Both the position numbers and the translations under genes were made by a program. Of a DNA stretch of 64,000 nucleotides, positions 16,439-24,765 are shown one piece after another. This stretch comes from Alphaproteobacteria bacterium. Lineage in GTDB: Bacteria; Pseudomonadota; Alphaproteobacteria; Micavibrionales; Micavibrionaceae. Each line of letters starts with the position of its first letter. Position 1 is the first letter of the stretch. The notes beneath the pieces were generated by a model that saw nothing but the letters and a program-made list of their open reading frames with translations, made no database searches and was not told where the DNA came from. Location of the stretch: assembly GCA_023301585.1 (NCBI GenBank), contig JAMASZ010000056.1:729-64728 (forward strand), written 5' to 3'.

Positions 16439-18013
16439 ATGACTCTCCTCTGTCCCAGGTGCAACCATACTTTTCAAAGAACTAACGCATTCAGGCGACA
16501 CCAAAAGGATGGCTGTGGCGAAGACAAGCCGAGGATCAAGTGCGAGTACCCGTCGTGCGACAAAGATTATCGGACACAACAGTCGATGAAAACTCACTAT
16601 AAGACACACTTCGCGCAAATGTACGAGTGCGATGAGTGCGACAAGGTGTGTGACAACTATCAAAAACTCGCCCACCACAAGAAGGTCGAGCACAGGGGTG
16701 GTTACCCGTGCGACTTCGACGGATGCGACGAAAAGCGTGCAAGCAGGAAGAACATCATCAACCACATGAACACCTGCTCCTTTCGCCCGAGCGAGGTGAA
16801 TGATGTCGGAGAAGAACGCGACATCGTCGGTAACAAGAGGAAGATCGAGAGCCTGAGAGAAGAAGAGTCCGTTGTCACAGACTCCGACCCGGCTGATCCC
16901 GTTTGTGCTTTCATGCAGCGCATATCAGCCAAACTTAAAGATGGCAAGACGACAGACAAGATGTGTGCGAGCGTGACGATCTGCCCGGTCACAAACCTGG
17001 GGTACGGAATTCCTGGCGAGGTTTCGAAGTACTGTGGGAAACACAAGGATGAAGTTCACGGACTCAAGCAGCTCTACAGGCAGTGCATGTACACTGCTTG
17101 TGCGAAGACTGGGCACGATTTTGTGGGAGGACTTCGCTTCTGCCCCAAGCACGTCAAGCTTCTCATCGAGGACGGTCTTCCGAATCCCGATCTGTCTGTC
17201 GTCGTGATCAGCAATGGTCGCGTCACATGCGAGGAGCCAGGGTGTGACAAGAACGCGTCATACGGTCTTTCCGGAGAAAAAAGAGCGTCATGCGCTTCGC
17301 ACAAAAAGGATGGCTACATCCGCTCAATTACCCAAGTGTGTGCCATGGCTTGTTGCTGCACGTTGCCGGACGGACTGAGTGGTAGGTTTCTACACCCTGA
17401 GCATGATGACGAAGACTCCGAGTTTTACAAGAAGAAAATCTGCAACAACGGGCGCAGGGTTGTGATCGAAGATGCTCTGATGCGGAACGACGTCGGCAGG
17501 CTCAAGACTATCCTCGACCACTTCAAGTTGGACCGAGCACTGACTTTAAACGCTCAGAGCGCTTTTCGATTCGCTTGTGAGAAGGAGTGTTATGATCTCC
17601 TGCAGGACTGTGTTGACATCGTGTTTGACAAGCCCGTGGTCAACGGCCCCAAGGTGATTGGGTCCTTACGACCCGACATATTCTACAAGTGGTGCGTGGG
17701 CGGCGTTAATTTCGGGATTCATATCGAGTACGACGAGAATCGGTCACACGAGGACGACGACGTTCGTCTCAGGAGCATTGCATGTACAGCAAGCTGCACG
17801 GATCGCGTCTACGTCATTCGTGTGTACGGTGGCCACGACACGAAGAATCCAGTTTGCAGGCGTGTTCACATGAAGTATTACGAGTACTACAAGGTCACAG
17901 ATGAGGGTATGCGTGTTGCGCTGGAGGTCGCAAAATTGGTGAAGGAGCGTGTCGCCTGGATTAGGCAGGGTCTTGTGCCATGTGATTCGAGGGAATGGAA
18001 AATATGTATTTAA
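16439..18013 (+). CDS. C2H2 zinc-finger / EsV-1-7-type cysteine-repeat protein with C-terminal PD-(D/E)xK-like motif
   Basis: First ATG 16439. Four C2H2-like fingers (CPRCNHTF..H, CEYPSCDKDY..H..H, CDECDKV..H..H, CDFDGCDE..H..C). C-x4-C-x13-16-C-x2-H repeats (CMYTACAKTG..FCPKH; CEEPGCDKNASYGLSGEKRASCASH). C-terminal ..SLRPDIFY..FGIHIEYDENRSHED. Confidence 0.75.
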   Translation: MTLLCPRCNHTFQRTNAFRRHQKDGCGEDKPRIKCEYPSCDKDYRTQQSMKTHYKTHFAQMYECDECDKVCDNYQKLAHHKKVEHRGGYPCDFDGCDEKRASRKNIINHMNTCSFRPSEVNDVGEERDIVGNKRKIESLREEESVVTDSDPADPVCAFMQRISAKLKDGKTTDKMCASVTICPVTNLGYGIPGEVSKYCGKHKDEVHGLKQLYRQCMYTACAKTGHDFVGGLRFCPKHVKLLIEDGLPNPDLSVVVISNGRVTCEEPGCDKNASYGLSGEKRASCASHKKDGYIRSITQVCAMACCCTLPDGLSGRFLHPEHDDEDSEFYKKKICNNGRRVVIEDALMRNDVGRLKTILDHFKLDRALTLNAQSAFRFACEKECYDLLQDCVDIVFDKPVVNGPKVIGSLRPDIFYKWCVGGVNFGIHIEYDENRSHEDDDVRLRSIACTASCTDRVYVIRVYGGHDTKNPVCRRVHMKYYEYYKVTDEGMRVALEVAKLVKERVAWIRQGLVPCDSREWKICI

Positions 18014-18083
18014 AGTTTTGAAGAAAATTGATTCGATCGTTTTGGTACACTTGACGTCATCGATCACCAAACCTCAATCAGAA

Positions 18084-18100
18084 CCGTAAACTCTGGCAAA
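18084..18100 (+). promoter_or_regulatory. CCGTAAACTCTGGCAAA motif, candidate promoter element of the first ankyrin paralog
   Basis: Lies 51 nt upstream of ATG 18135 and shares CCGTAAAC..TGGCAA with 16391. Confidence 0.4.
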
Positions 18101-18134
18101 ACGAAACAAGATGTGAATTCACAATTCAAGAGTC

Positions 18135-19247
18135 ATGTCAGGAATTCTCACGGAAGACTGCGTCAGCGAGTGTATCCTCTCTTTCGGCAAGGAAGACTTT
18201 TTGTTTACGGGTACAGTATGTAGATCATGGAGAAAAAACTCTGGGTGCACAGGGACGCACGTGAAAGCATCTGTCGAGAGCGTTTCGAGGGTGAAGGAAT
18301 CGTTTGAGTATGATATATGCACTGACGAAGCAGCTTTTGTTGCTATCGAAGAGGGTGCCAGCATATCTGTCTTCAAAGCAATCTATGACCGAGGATTCTA
18401 CTGGTGGGACGGGGTTGACCTGGGGGCTGCAGTTCACCTGGAAGTTGCAGCAACATACGGACGAACGGATGTGTTGGAGTTCTTGACACCACTTGGACCG
18501 CTTGGAGTGGTCCGGTACGACGAGAAATTCCTACGCAAGGCAGTGGTTCTCTCCAAGCTTGAGAATGAAATAGTCGAAGTTGTTCGGTTCCTTCTGAACA
18601 CCGGGTGTCCAATTGATGCATTTCTTTCGGGGGAGAGATCGATGGAAATTGCAATTAAGCAAGAAAATTTGGATCTGATAAAGGCGTTGCGCACGGCGGA
18701 CTACCCCTTCATCAGTACAACATTCAGGACCGCATGCGAGACCAAGAACGTGGCGATTGTCCGATACCTTCACGACGAGGGATGCAAACCGGATGAAGAT
18801 CTTTTTTGGGACTTGAAAAATAACGATGAGTGGGTACTTGTCGAAGTTCTTTGCAGGATGGGATATGGTAGAGATGAATGGGATCTGAATACTTACCTTG
18901 CATTTGGAAGAACACAATTATCGATGTTTGTGCTTGAGCAAGGAGTTATTCCAACAGATAGATGTGTTGATGGCGCCATTAGCGGTGGTGACTTAGGAAC
19001 AGCAATGTTGCTGACGACGAAGTATTCCTGTCGACCAACATCGCAGGCTTACATTGAGTTGTTTAACAACGACTATGTTCAATGTGATGCCTACAATTTT
19101 CGAGTGCTTGAATGGCTTCATGACGAGATGGGATGTGACATTGGATTCTCCTCTTTTGAAGAGATGAAGAAGGAGCCACACGGACGTTGTATAGTAGATG
19201 GACAGAGTAAAGCCATTGTTGATTGGTTCAAGAACAAGCTTAATTAA
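18135..19247 (+). CDS. Ankyrin-like repeat protein with F-box-like N-terminus (paralog 1 of 3)
   Basis: ATG 18135. N-terminus MSGILTEDCVSECILSFGKEDFLFTGTVCRSWRKNS. ANK-like units (AAVHLEVAATYGRTDVLEFL, MEIAIKQENLDLIKALR, ACETKNVAIVRYLHDEGC). C-terminal CRPTSQAY..LEWLHDE pattern is shared with the paralogs. Confidence 0.7.
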   Translation: MSGILTEDCVSECILSFGKEDFLFTGTVCRSWRKNSGCTGTHVKASVESVSRVKESFEYDICTDEAAFVAIEEGASISVFKAIYDRGFYWWDGVDLGAAVHLEVAATYGRTDVLEFLTPLGPLGVVRYDEKFLRKAVVLSKLENEIVEVVRFLLNTGCPIDAFLSGERSMEIAIKQENLDLIKALRTADYPFISTTFRTACETKNVAIVRYLHDEGCKPDEDLFWDLKNNDEWVLVEVLCRMGYGRDEWDLNTYLAFGRTQLSMFVLEQGVIPTDRCVDGAISGGDLGTAMLLTTKYSCRPTSQAYIELFNNDYVQCDAYNFRVLEWLHDEMGCDIGFSSFEEMKKEPHGRCIVDGQSKAIVDWFKNKLN

Positions 19248-19272
19248 CGAAAACAATCTTTTCAGCACCAAA

Positions 19273-20364
19273 TCAAAACAGTCTTTCCTCAAACCAATCC
19301 TCAACGGCGCTGCTGCACGCGTCAAGAATCATGGATCCGCGGGGGTGCTCGCGCATTTCCCTGAGTAGAACAAAGCCGAGGTTGCACCGCGCCTCGTCGT
19401 ACAGCCAGTTGAGAAACTCGAGATAGTGGCAGTCGCACATGTCGTTTTCGAACACGAGCATGTATGCCATGGACGTGGGTCTGCACACGTACTCTCTTGT
19501 CAGATACTTGGCGGTGTCTAGGTCGCCTGCGCATATCGCGGAGTCAACATCGTCGTCGGTCGGCGCGATGCCTTTGCTGATTAGGAACATCATCATGTCG
19601 TCCTTTTGTTCGAAGACGCATCCCCACAGATCCCACTCGTCTCTGAGCAGCAGGTTGTCGATGAGGAAGTCGAGGACGACGTAGTTTTCACTTGCTACCG
19701 AATCGGCAAATAGGCCGTCGGGAGGTCGACACCCCTGATCGACGAGGTACTTCATCATTTTTTTGTTCTCGGTGTCGGAGGCGAAGGTGAAGCTGTCTTC
19801 GATGAAGGGGTAGTCGGCGGTTCGCAGGAGCCTGACCATGGTCAAGTTTTGTGCGGAGATGGCCACCTCCATGGACCTCATCTTGAGCTCGTCGATGACG
19901 TACGGTCCGAATCCCCACTCGATGACGGTCTTGTCGACGGGTGTGTTGATGGACAGGAGGTAGTTGACGACCTTCAGTCGGTTGTATCTCACGGCGGTGT
20001 GAAGCACCCTCTCGTCGGCCAAGTATCCCTTTTCGCGCATAAACTGCAGGACGTCTATTCTGCCCAGCTCGGCGGCGTGCTCGATGTCCTGCTGCTCCCA
20101 GAAGCATTCGTGATCGTTGATCTTCTTGATGATGGATAAGTCGGCGTGCGTCAGCGACCAGAACGATGCGAGGTAGGGGTCCATGCCGCAACGCCGTGCT
20201 TCATCGAGCCTGGACAAACTCTCGACGGCTTCCTTGGCGCCGGTGTAGGTGTGCGTGGAGTTTTGGCGCCACGTTTTGCACACGGTGGCCGTGAAGAGAA
20301 AGGTGTTGTCGGCGAAGGACAGGATGTTGGCGCTGACGCGGCCCTCGGTGAGAATTGGCGACAT
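19273..20364 (-). CDS. Ankyrin-like repeat protein with F-box-like N-terminus (paralog 2 of 3)
   Basis: ATG 20364. MSPILTEGRVSANILSFADNTFLFTATVCKTWRQNS; AAELGRIDVLQFMREKGY; CRPTSMAY..LNWLYDE. Confidence 0.7.
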   Translation of the reverse strand: MSPILTEGRVSANILSFADNTFLFTATVCKTWRQNSTHTYTGAKEAVESLSRLDEARRCGMDPYLASFWSLTHADLSIIKKINDHECFWEQQDIEHAAELGRIDVLQFMREKGYLADERVLHTAVRYNRLKVVNYLLSINTPVDKTVIEWGFGPYVIDELKMRSMEVAISAQNLTMVRLLRTADYPFIEDSFTFASDTENKKMMKYLVDQGCRPPDGLFADSVASENYVVLDFLIDNLLLRDEWDLWGCVFEQKDDMMMFLISKGIAPTDDDVDSAICAGDLDTAKYLTREYVCRPTSMAYMLVFENDMCDCHYLEFLNWLYDEARCNLGFVLLREMREHPRGSMILDACSSAVEDWFEERLF

Positions 20365-20463
20365 GTGTGTATGGATGGATGTATGTTGGAGTGGCGACGT
20401 ATCGCAACCTAATGGTACAAAAGTAACATGGAAAAAAATTGGGGGGCCAGTCCGCCCCGAGCG

Positions 20464-21621
20464 TCACCCCAGCGAATCCTTGAACCATTGTGCGACGATC
20501 GGGTCGTGATTGTTCAGGGCGATGGCCCATCTTGGATTTTCGGCAAGCTCGTCGTACGTTTGAAAACCTATGTCGACCTTCCAGTAATGGTACAACCAAT
20601 CGAGCGCTTGGATGCAGTAGGTCTCGTCCATGTCGTGCTCGACGGTGTGGATGTAGGCGCGATGCGTGGGCCTGCAGCAGTTCTCACCGCCGGCAACGCG
20701 AATCAGCCATCTGGTGATACCCATGTCGTAGGTGGCGAGGTCAACGACGTCGCTGCTGACCTCAAACCTGTAGGCGACCAGCAATCGCATGATGTTCGCC
20801 TGGAAGCGTGTGACGGCGATGCACATGGCGGTGGGGCCTCTGTTCTCGTTGAGTTGGTGCTCGAGCATGAACTTGACCGCGTGAAAGTTTCCGTCGTCGA
20901 CCATCTCGTAGAAGAGGAGGGACGACGGTCGGCACCCCTGTTCGTAGAGGTACGCTAGCGTGTGCAAGTTCTTTGGGTAGTCGGCGTTACAGGCAACTTT
21001 GAACGTATTGGTCCCAAAGGGGAAGTTGAGCTCGGAGCGAAGACACATGACGATGTCGAGATCGTTCTTGGCGACGGCCTTCTCAAAGGAGCGCACGTTG
21101 TATTCTACGCGTCGCTGATCCTCGGTCTCGATCGGCGTGTCGTCGATCGGGCAGTTGTGCTCGGCGAGGTATTGAACGAGCTCGAGGCAGTTGGAGTTGA
21201 CGGCGTTGAAGAGGACGCTGCTGTTGAGGGGGCATCCGTGCTCAAACATGAATCTGATTATCTCGATCTTGTGGTCGATGGCGGCGTTCTGCATGGTAAA
21301 TTGTCCCCACCCGTACCCCATGTCGTGTATCGCTTTGAAGACGGAGACGTCGGCGTCCACGATCTCGGCGTACTCCATGAAGAAGTCGCAAGAGTTGGGC
21401 GTATCTGTATCATCGGTGTTGTGCGGGCACAGGCATCTGATGCCGTTCTCGACGGCCTCCTTGATTCGCGAGGGACTTTCGAAGGCGTTGGCGACGTCGG
21501 TGCGAAAACACTGCTTACTGTTTTGTTTCCAGGCGCGGCACACTGTGGCCGTGAACAAATAGTCGAGCGAGCTGTAGGACAAGATGTTTGTGCAAACGCG
21601 GCCTTCCAACAACACGTTCAT
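20464..21621 (-). CDS. Ankyrin-like repeat protein with F-box-like N-terminus (paralog 3 of 3)
   Basis: The paralog alignment favours ATG 21621 (MNVLLEGRVCTNILSYSSLDYLFTATVCRAWKQNS). Upstream ATG 21681 would overlap the divergent gene. CRPTHRAY..LDWLYHY. Confidence 0.7.
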   Translation of the reverse strand: MNVLLEGRVCTNILSYSSLDYLFTATVCRAWKQNSKQCFRTDVANAFESPSRIKEAVENGIRCLCPHNTDDTDTPNSCDFFMEYAEIVDADVSVFKAIHDMGYGWGQFTMQNAAIDHKIEIIRFMFEHGCPLNSSVLFNAVNSNCLELVQYLAEHNCPIDDTPIETEDQRRVEYNVRSFEKAVAKNDLDIVMCLRSELNFPFGTNTFKVACNADYPKNLHTLAYLYEQGCRPSSLLFYEMVDDGNFHAVKFMLEHQLNENRGPTAMCIAVTRFQANIMRLLVAYRFEVSSDVVDLATYDMGITRWLIRVAGGENCCRPTHRAYIHTVEHDMDETYCIQALDWLYHYWKVDIGFQTYDELAENPRWAIALNNHDPIVAQWFKDSLG

Positions 21622-21674
21622 TGTTTCATTTGTGCATTTGTGTTGTGAGGCTCGTTCGTCGCCACGGCGTAAAA

Positions 21675-22673
21675 ATGTCATCGCTCAATTATGAAATGGG
21701 TGTCAAGCGCCGGAGGATTAGTCCGACGGACATGATTCACATTGGAGGTGTGTCGTACGTGAAGCGCAAGCATCAGCACCACCGCGTTTGTCCGTGCCAG
21801 GTGGTGTACATGAACTGCGTGAAGTGCAATGCAAAACTGGCGAAGCGGAAGTCCGACTATGTGTCTCTGATGGTGAAGCACGCTCGAGAGGCATCGTTGC
21901 GTCGCGAGCGCTCTCGACCGCTCGAAGACCACTCGTTCTCTATTTCGAAATTTTACGCGCTGATTCTCCAACGGGTACGGACAAGCGGCATGGTCTGCGA
22001 GTGCCTTCTTTGCGCCTCTTTGTCTCGCGACCAGAGGCAGCGACTGTCCGTGAGGGGTCCGAACAAGTTGTCCATCGACAGGAATGACGACGGGCTCGGG
22101 TACACGCACCGCGACCAAGTGCTGCGACTGGTTTCAAAGTCTCATCACTCCTCTCAGCAGAGAGATGCCGTGCCTTTGCAGACAACGTCAAAGAAGAAGC
22201 GTAAGTGGCTCGTTTCGGCCGTCGGTGGGATGCTGCGTCGATCAAGAGCGAGACTTGCGAGAACTCGGGCGGAGATTATCGACATGCAGGGAGCGGGCAT
22301 GGACGTGGGGGGTATGGAATACTACTTGGGCACGCACTTGCTGACCCGCGAATCGTGCGTGTCTATGATCACGCAGAAGAAGACGGAGACGTCCCACTGT
22401 CCGAACTGCGGCGTGCGACTCGATTACGGCAACGACAACGGGGTGATGACGACGAAGAACAATCCTAGACGCGCGTCTCCCGATCGAATCAATGACCGAG
22501 TCGGATACATCCCCACTAACGTCCGCATCGTTTGTTGCGCCTGTCAGACGATGGGATCGATCGACGACGCGGACGACGTGTTTCTGAGCCCGGGCGAGGT
22601 TGATGACCTGCTCGCGTATCTTTTTTTTAAGGGTCGGCGGACGCATCTTTCGTGCACCGAAGAAATTCCTTGA
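21675..22673 (+). CDS. Hypothetical DNA-binding/nuclease-like protein with two DR(I/N)(D/N)..GY modules
   Basis: First ATG 21675 (MSSLNYEMGVKRRR). LSIDRNDDGLGYTHRDQV and CPNCGVRLDY..ASPDRINDRVGYIPTNVRIVCCACQ resemble the S-x-DRID..GY..N..C..C module of HNH-related phage/NCLDV nucleases. Tentative. Confidence 0.5.
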   Translation: MSSLNYEMGVKRRRISPTDMIHIGGVSYVKRKHQHHRVCPCQVVYMNCVKCNAKLAKRKSDYVSLMVKHAREASLRRERSRPLEDHSFSISKFYALILQRVRTSGMVCECLLCASLSRDQRQRLSVRGPNKLSIDRNDDGLGYTHRDQVLRLVSKSHHSSQQRDAVPLQTTSKKKRKWLVSAVGGMLRRSRARLARTRAEIIDMQGAGMDVGGMEYYLGTHLLTRESCVSMITQKKTETSHCPNCGVRLDYGNDNGVMTTKNNPRRASPDRINDRVGYIPTNVRIVCCACQTMGSIDDADDVFLSPGEVDDLLAYLFFKGRRTHLSCTEEIP

Positions 22674-23007
22674 TACTCAGGATCAACAGGAGGTACTCAT
22701 TTTTTGTACAGAAGCCATTTTTCGCGGCATCCTCGACTACTTTCGATTTTTGCCAGAGGTCCTTGGCCGCCATGTTTGCCGCTTGTCCCTTGACGCGGTG
22801 CGCCACTTCTCTCGTCTTGAGCGGATCGTTGGTGTTGTAGGCATTCGCCAACAAGTCCGCGCACTCGACCATGTCTTCGCGCATGAGTTGGACCAACTCC
22901 TCAAAAAATTCTTGGTCGTCTTCACAAATCTCCATGGCTTCATTTACCGCAATGACTCTGTCGATGGTCTTGGCCTTAAAATGTTTGTCATCGACAGGGC
23001 CGGCCAT
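22627..23007 (-). CDS. Histidine phosphotransfer (HPt) domain protein
   Basis: ATG 23007, 126 aa. The HPt signature H-x2-K-G-x5-(A/G) is present as EVAHRVKGQAANMAAKDL within a predicted helical bundle. Divergent from the hybrid HK with a 20-bp spacer. Confidence 0.75.
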   Translation of the reverse strand: MAGPVDDKHFKAKTIDRVIAVNEAMEICEDDQEFFEELVQLMREDMVECADLLANAYNTNDPLKTREVAHRVKGQAANMAAKDLWQKSKVVEDAAKNGFCTKNEYLLLILSIKEFLRCTKDASADP

Positions 23008-23027
23008 TGTTTCTAATATAAAAATCG

Positions 23028-24764
23028 ATGAAACAATTGTTGCTTGATGTGACGCAGTGTGTGATATTTTTGTCTTATTTTATTATTTCGAGCATCATTG
23101 CTTGCTTGTTCGTCCGACACAGGTCCTACATCGACACGTGGGCCAATCGTTTTCTGGTGGTGACGGCTGGCCTATTCCTGATGCTCTGTGCGCTGACACA
23201 CCTATACGTCGTGTGGCATTCAGCGCCTCCGGACGCGCTGCTGGTAGCATGTGCCGTAGTGTCATTCACGTCTGCGTCGTGCACTTTTTACACTTTCCGG
23301 GGGCTTGATGACTACCTTCGTCTTCGAATCACAACGGTGAATCTGATGAGAGAAGAGATCATCACCAACTTAACGGAAGGGTACGATATGAAAGTGCGTG
23401 TGTCGGGAAATGCAATCATTGGTGGTGTGGCCGGCGAGTACGAGGTGGTGGAGCCTTATTTTGTCGTCGGGGGGTTCGAAGTCAATCGCATCATCGAGGT
23501 GCGCGACAAGTACTTCCGCATTGCAAACATAGTAAAATCCTTTGTTGAAGTGAGTGCCGACAAAACGCAGACGCGCGAGTCATCCACGGAGGAAGGTAGG
23601 TCGCCTTCGGTGTCTATGATGTATGGTTACGACGCGACGGCTGAAGTCCGCATGAGGAACGAGTCCGATCGCATGACTAATATGACGATGAATTTGTGTA
23701 TGTCAACTGCTCACCACGTGAGGACCCCTCTTTCCTGCATCGGCGTCGCCCTGGAGTGCATTCAGCCACGCAGACTCGGCGACGAAGTCCTCGGCATGGT
23801 GGAGGAAGTGCGTGTGCATTGCGAAATATTGAACATGTTTGTGACCCAATTCGTTGACTTCGCCACGGTAAATTCGAAGGTCTTGTTGAAGCCCTGCGTG
23901 GATTACGTTGATGTTCGTGTGCTCGTGGAGAGGGTCGAGAAGGTGCTGGCGAGAATGATGATGGAGGATGTTCGATGTAGGTGTCACGTGGACGCCCGCG
24001 TCCCTAAACTCCTTCTGTCGGACAGCGACTGGATCATGCAAATTTTGCTCAACCTTGTCGCAAGCGCCGCTGGCCACACGTTCAGGGGGGTAATCTGTTT
24101 GACCGTGGCTGTTGAAAACAACGAGCTGTGCATTGTTGTAAAGGACACTGGCGTCCATATTCCGTTGGCTGAAAAACGTGCGTTATTTTCCACGAATTTC
24201 GCCGACGACGCGTGGCGCGGGTATATGTCGACGGGTGTCGGATTGTATTCGGTCAAGACGAAGGTAGATGCCCTTGGTGGAGAGTACGGTATTCACAACA
24301 ACCCCCATGGAGGGACGGTTCTGTCCGTGAAGGTGCCCGTGGAGTTGGACAAGAAGTGCCGCCAAAGGTATGTGGGCAAAAAAGACGACAACGAAAAAGA
24401 AAAAGTTACTCGTGTACGGTCTGTTCTCGTGGTCGACGACACTCCTTCCGTACGGAAGTTGATGAAGAGGTACCTGAAGGGGCACAGTGTGGAGGTCGCT
24501 GTGAACGGCGCCGAGGGTCTCGGCAAGATGAAGGAGAAATATTTCGACGTCGTGCTGCTGGACCTGTTGATGCCCGTGATGGATGGCGTGGAGTGTCTGC
24601 GAAGGTTCAGGGCGTGGGAGAGATACAGCAGACAAGATGGCGTCCACCAGTTCGTGTACTGTGTGTCGGCGACAAGCGTCGAGCTCGACACGGGGTTCGA
24701 TGGCTCGATTTTAAAGCCCGTCGACACCCGAAGGTTGCACAGACTTCTCGAAAATCTCCCATAA
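23028..24764 (+). CDS. Hybrid sensor histidine kinase (TM N-terminus, HisKA, HATPase_c, receiver)
   Basis: ATG 23028. Three N-terminal hydrophobic helices. H-box STAHHVRTPLSCI; N-box QILLNLVASAAGH; G1 VKDTGVHIP; G2 STGVGLYSV. Receiver: VLVVDDTPSVRKL..DVVLLDLLMPVMDG..VSATS..ILKP. Confidence 0.9.
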   Translation: MKQLLLDVTQCVIFLSYFIISSIIACLFVRHRSYIDTWANRFLVVTAGLFLMLCALTHLYVVWHSAPPDALLVACAVVSFTSASCTFYTFRGLDDYLRLRITTVNLMREEIITNLTEGYDMKVRVSGNAIIGGVAGEYEVVEPYFVVGGFEVNRIIEVRDKYFRIANIVKSFVEVSADKTQTRESSTEEGRSPSVSMMYGYDATAEVRMRNESDRMTNMTMNLCMSTAHHVRTPLSCIGVALECIQPRRLGDEVLGMVEEVRVHCEILNMFVTQFVDFATVNSKVLLKPCVDYVDVRVLVERVEKVLARMMMEDVRCRCHVDARVPKLLLSDSDWIMQILLNLVASAAGHTFRGVICLTVAVENNELCIVVKDTGVHIPLAEKRALFSTNFADDAWRGYMSTGVGLYSVKTKVDALGGEYGIHNNPHGGTVLSVKVPVELDKKCRQRYVGKKDDNEKEKVTRVRSVLVVDDTPSVRKLMKRYLKGHSVEVAVNGAEGLGKMKEKYFDVVLLDLLMPVMDGVECLRRFRAWERYSRQDGVHQFVYCVSATSVELDTGFDGSILKPVDTRRLHRLLENLP

Positions 24765-24765
24765 T

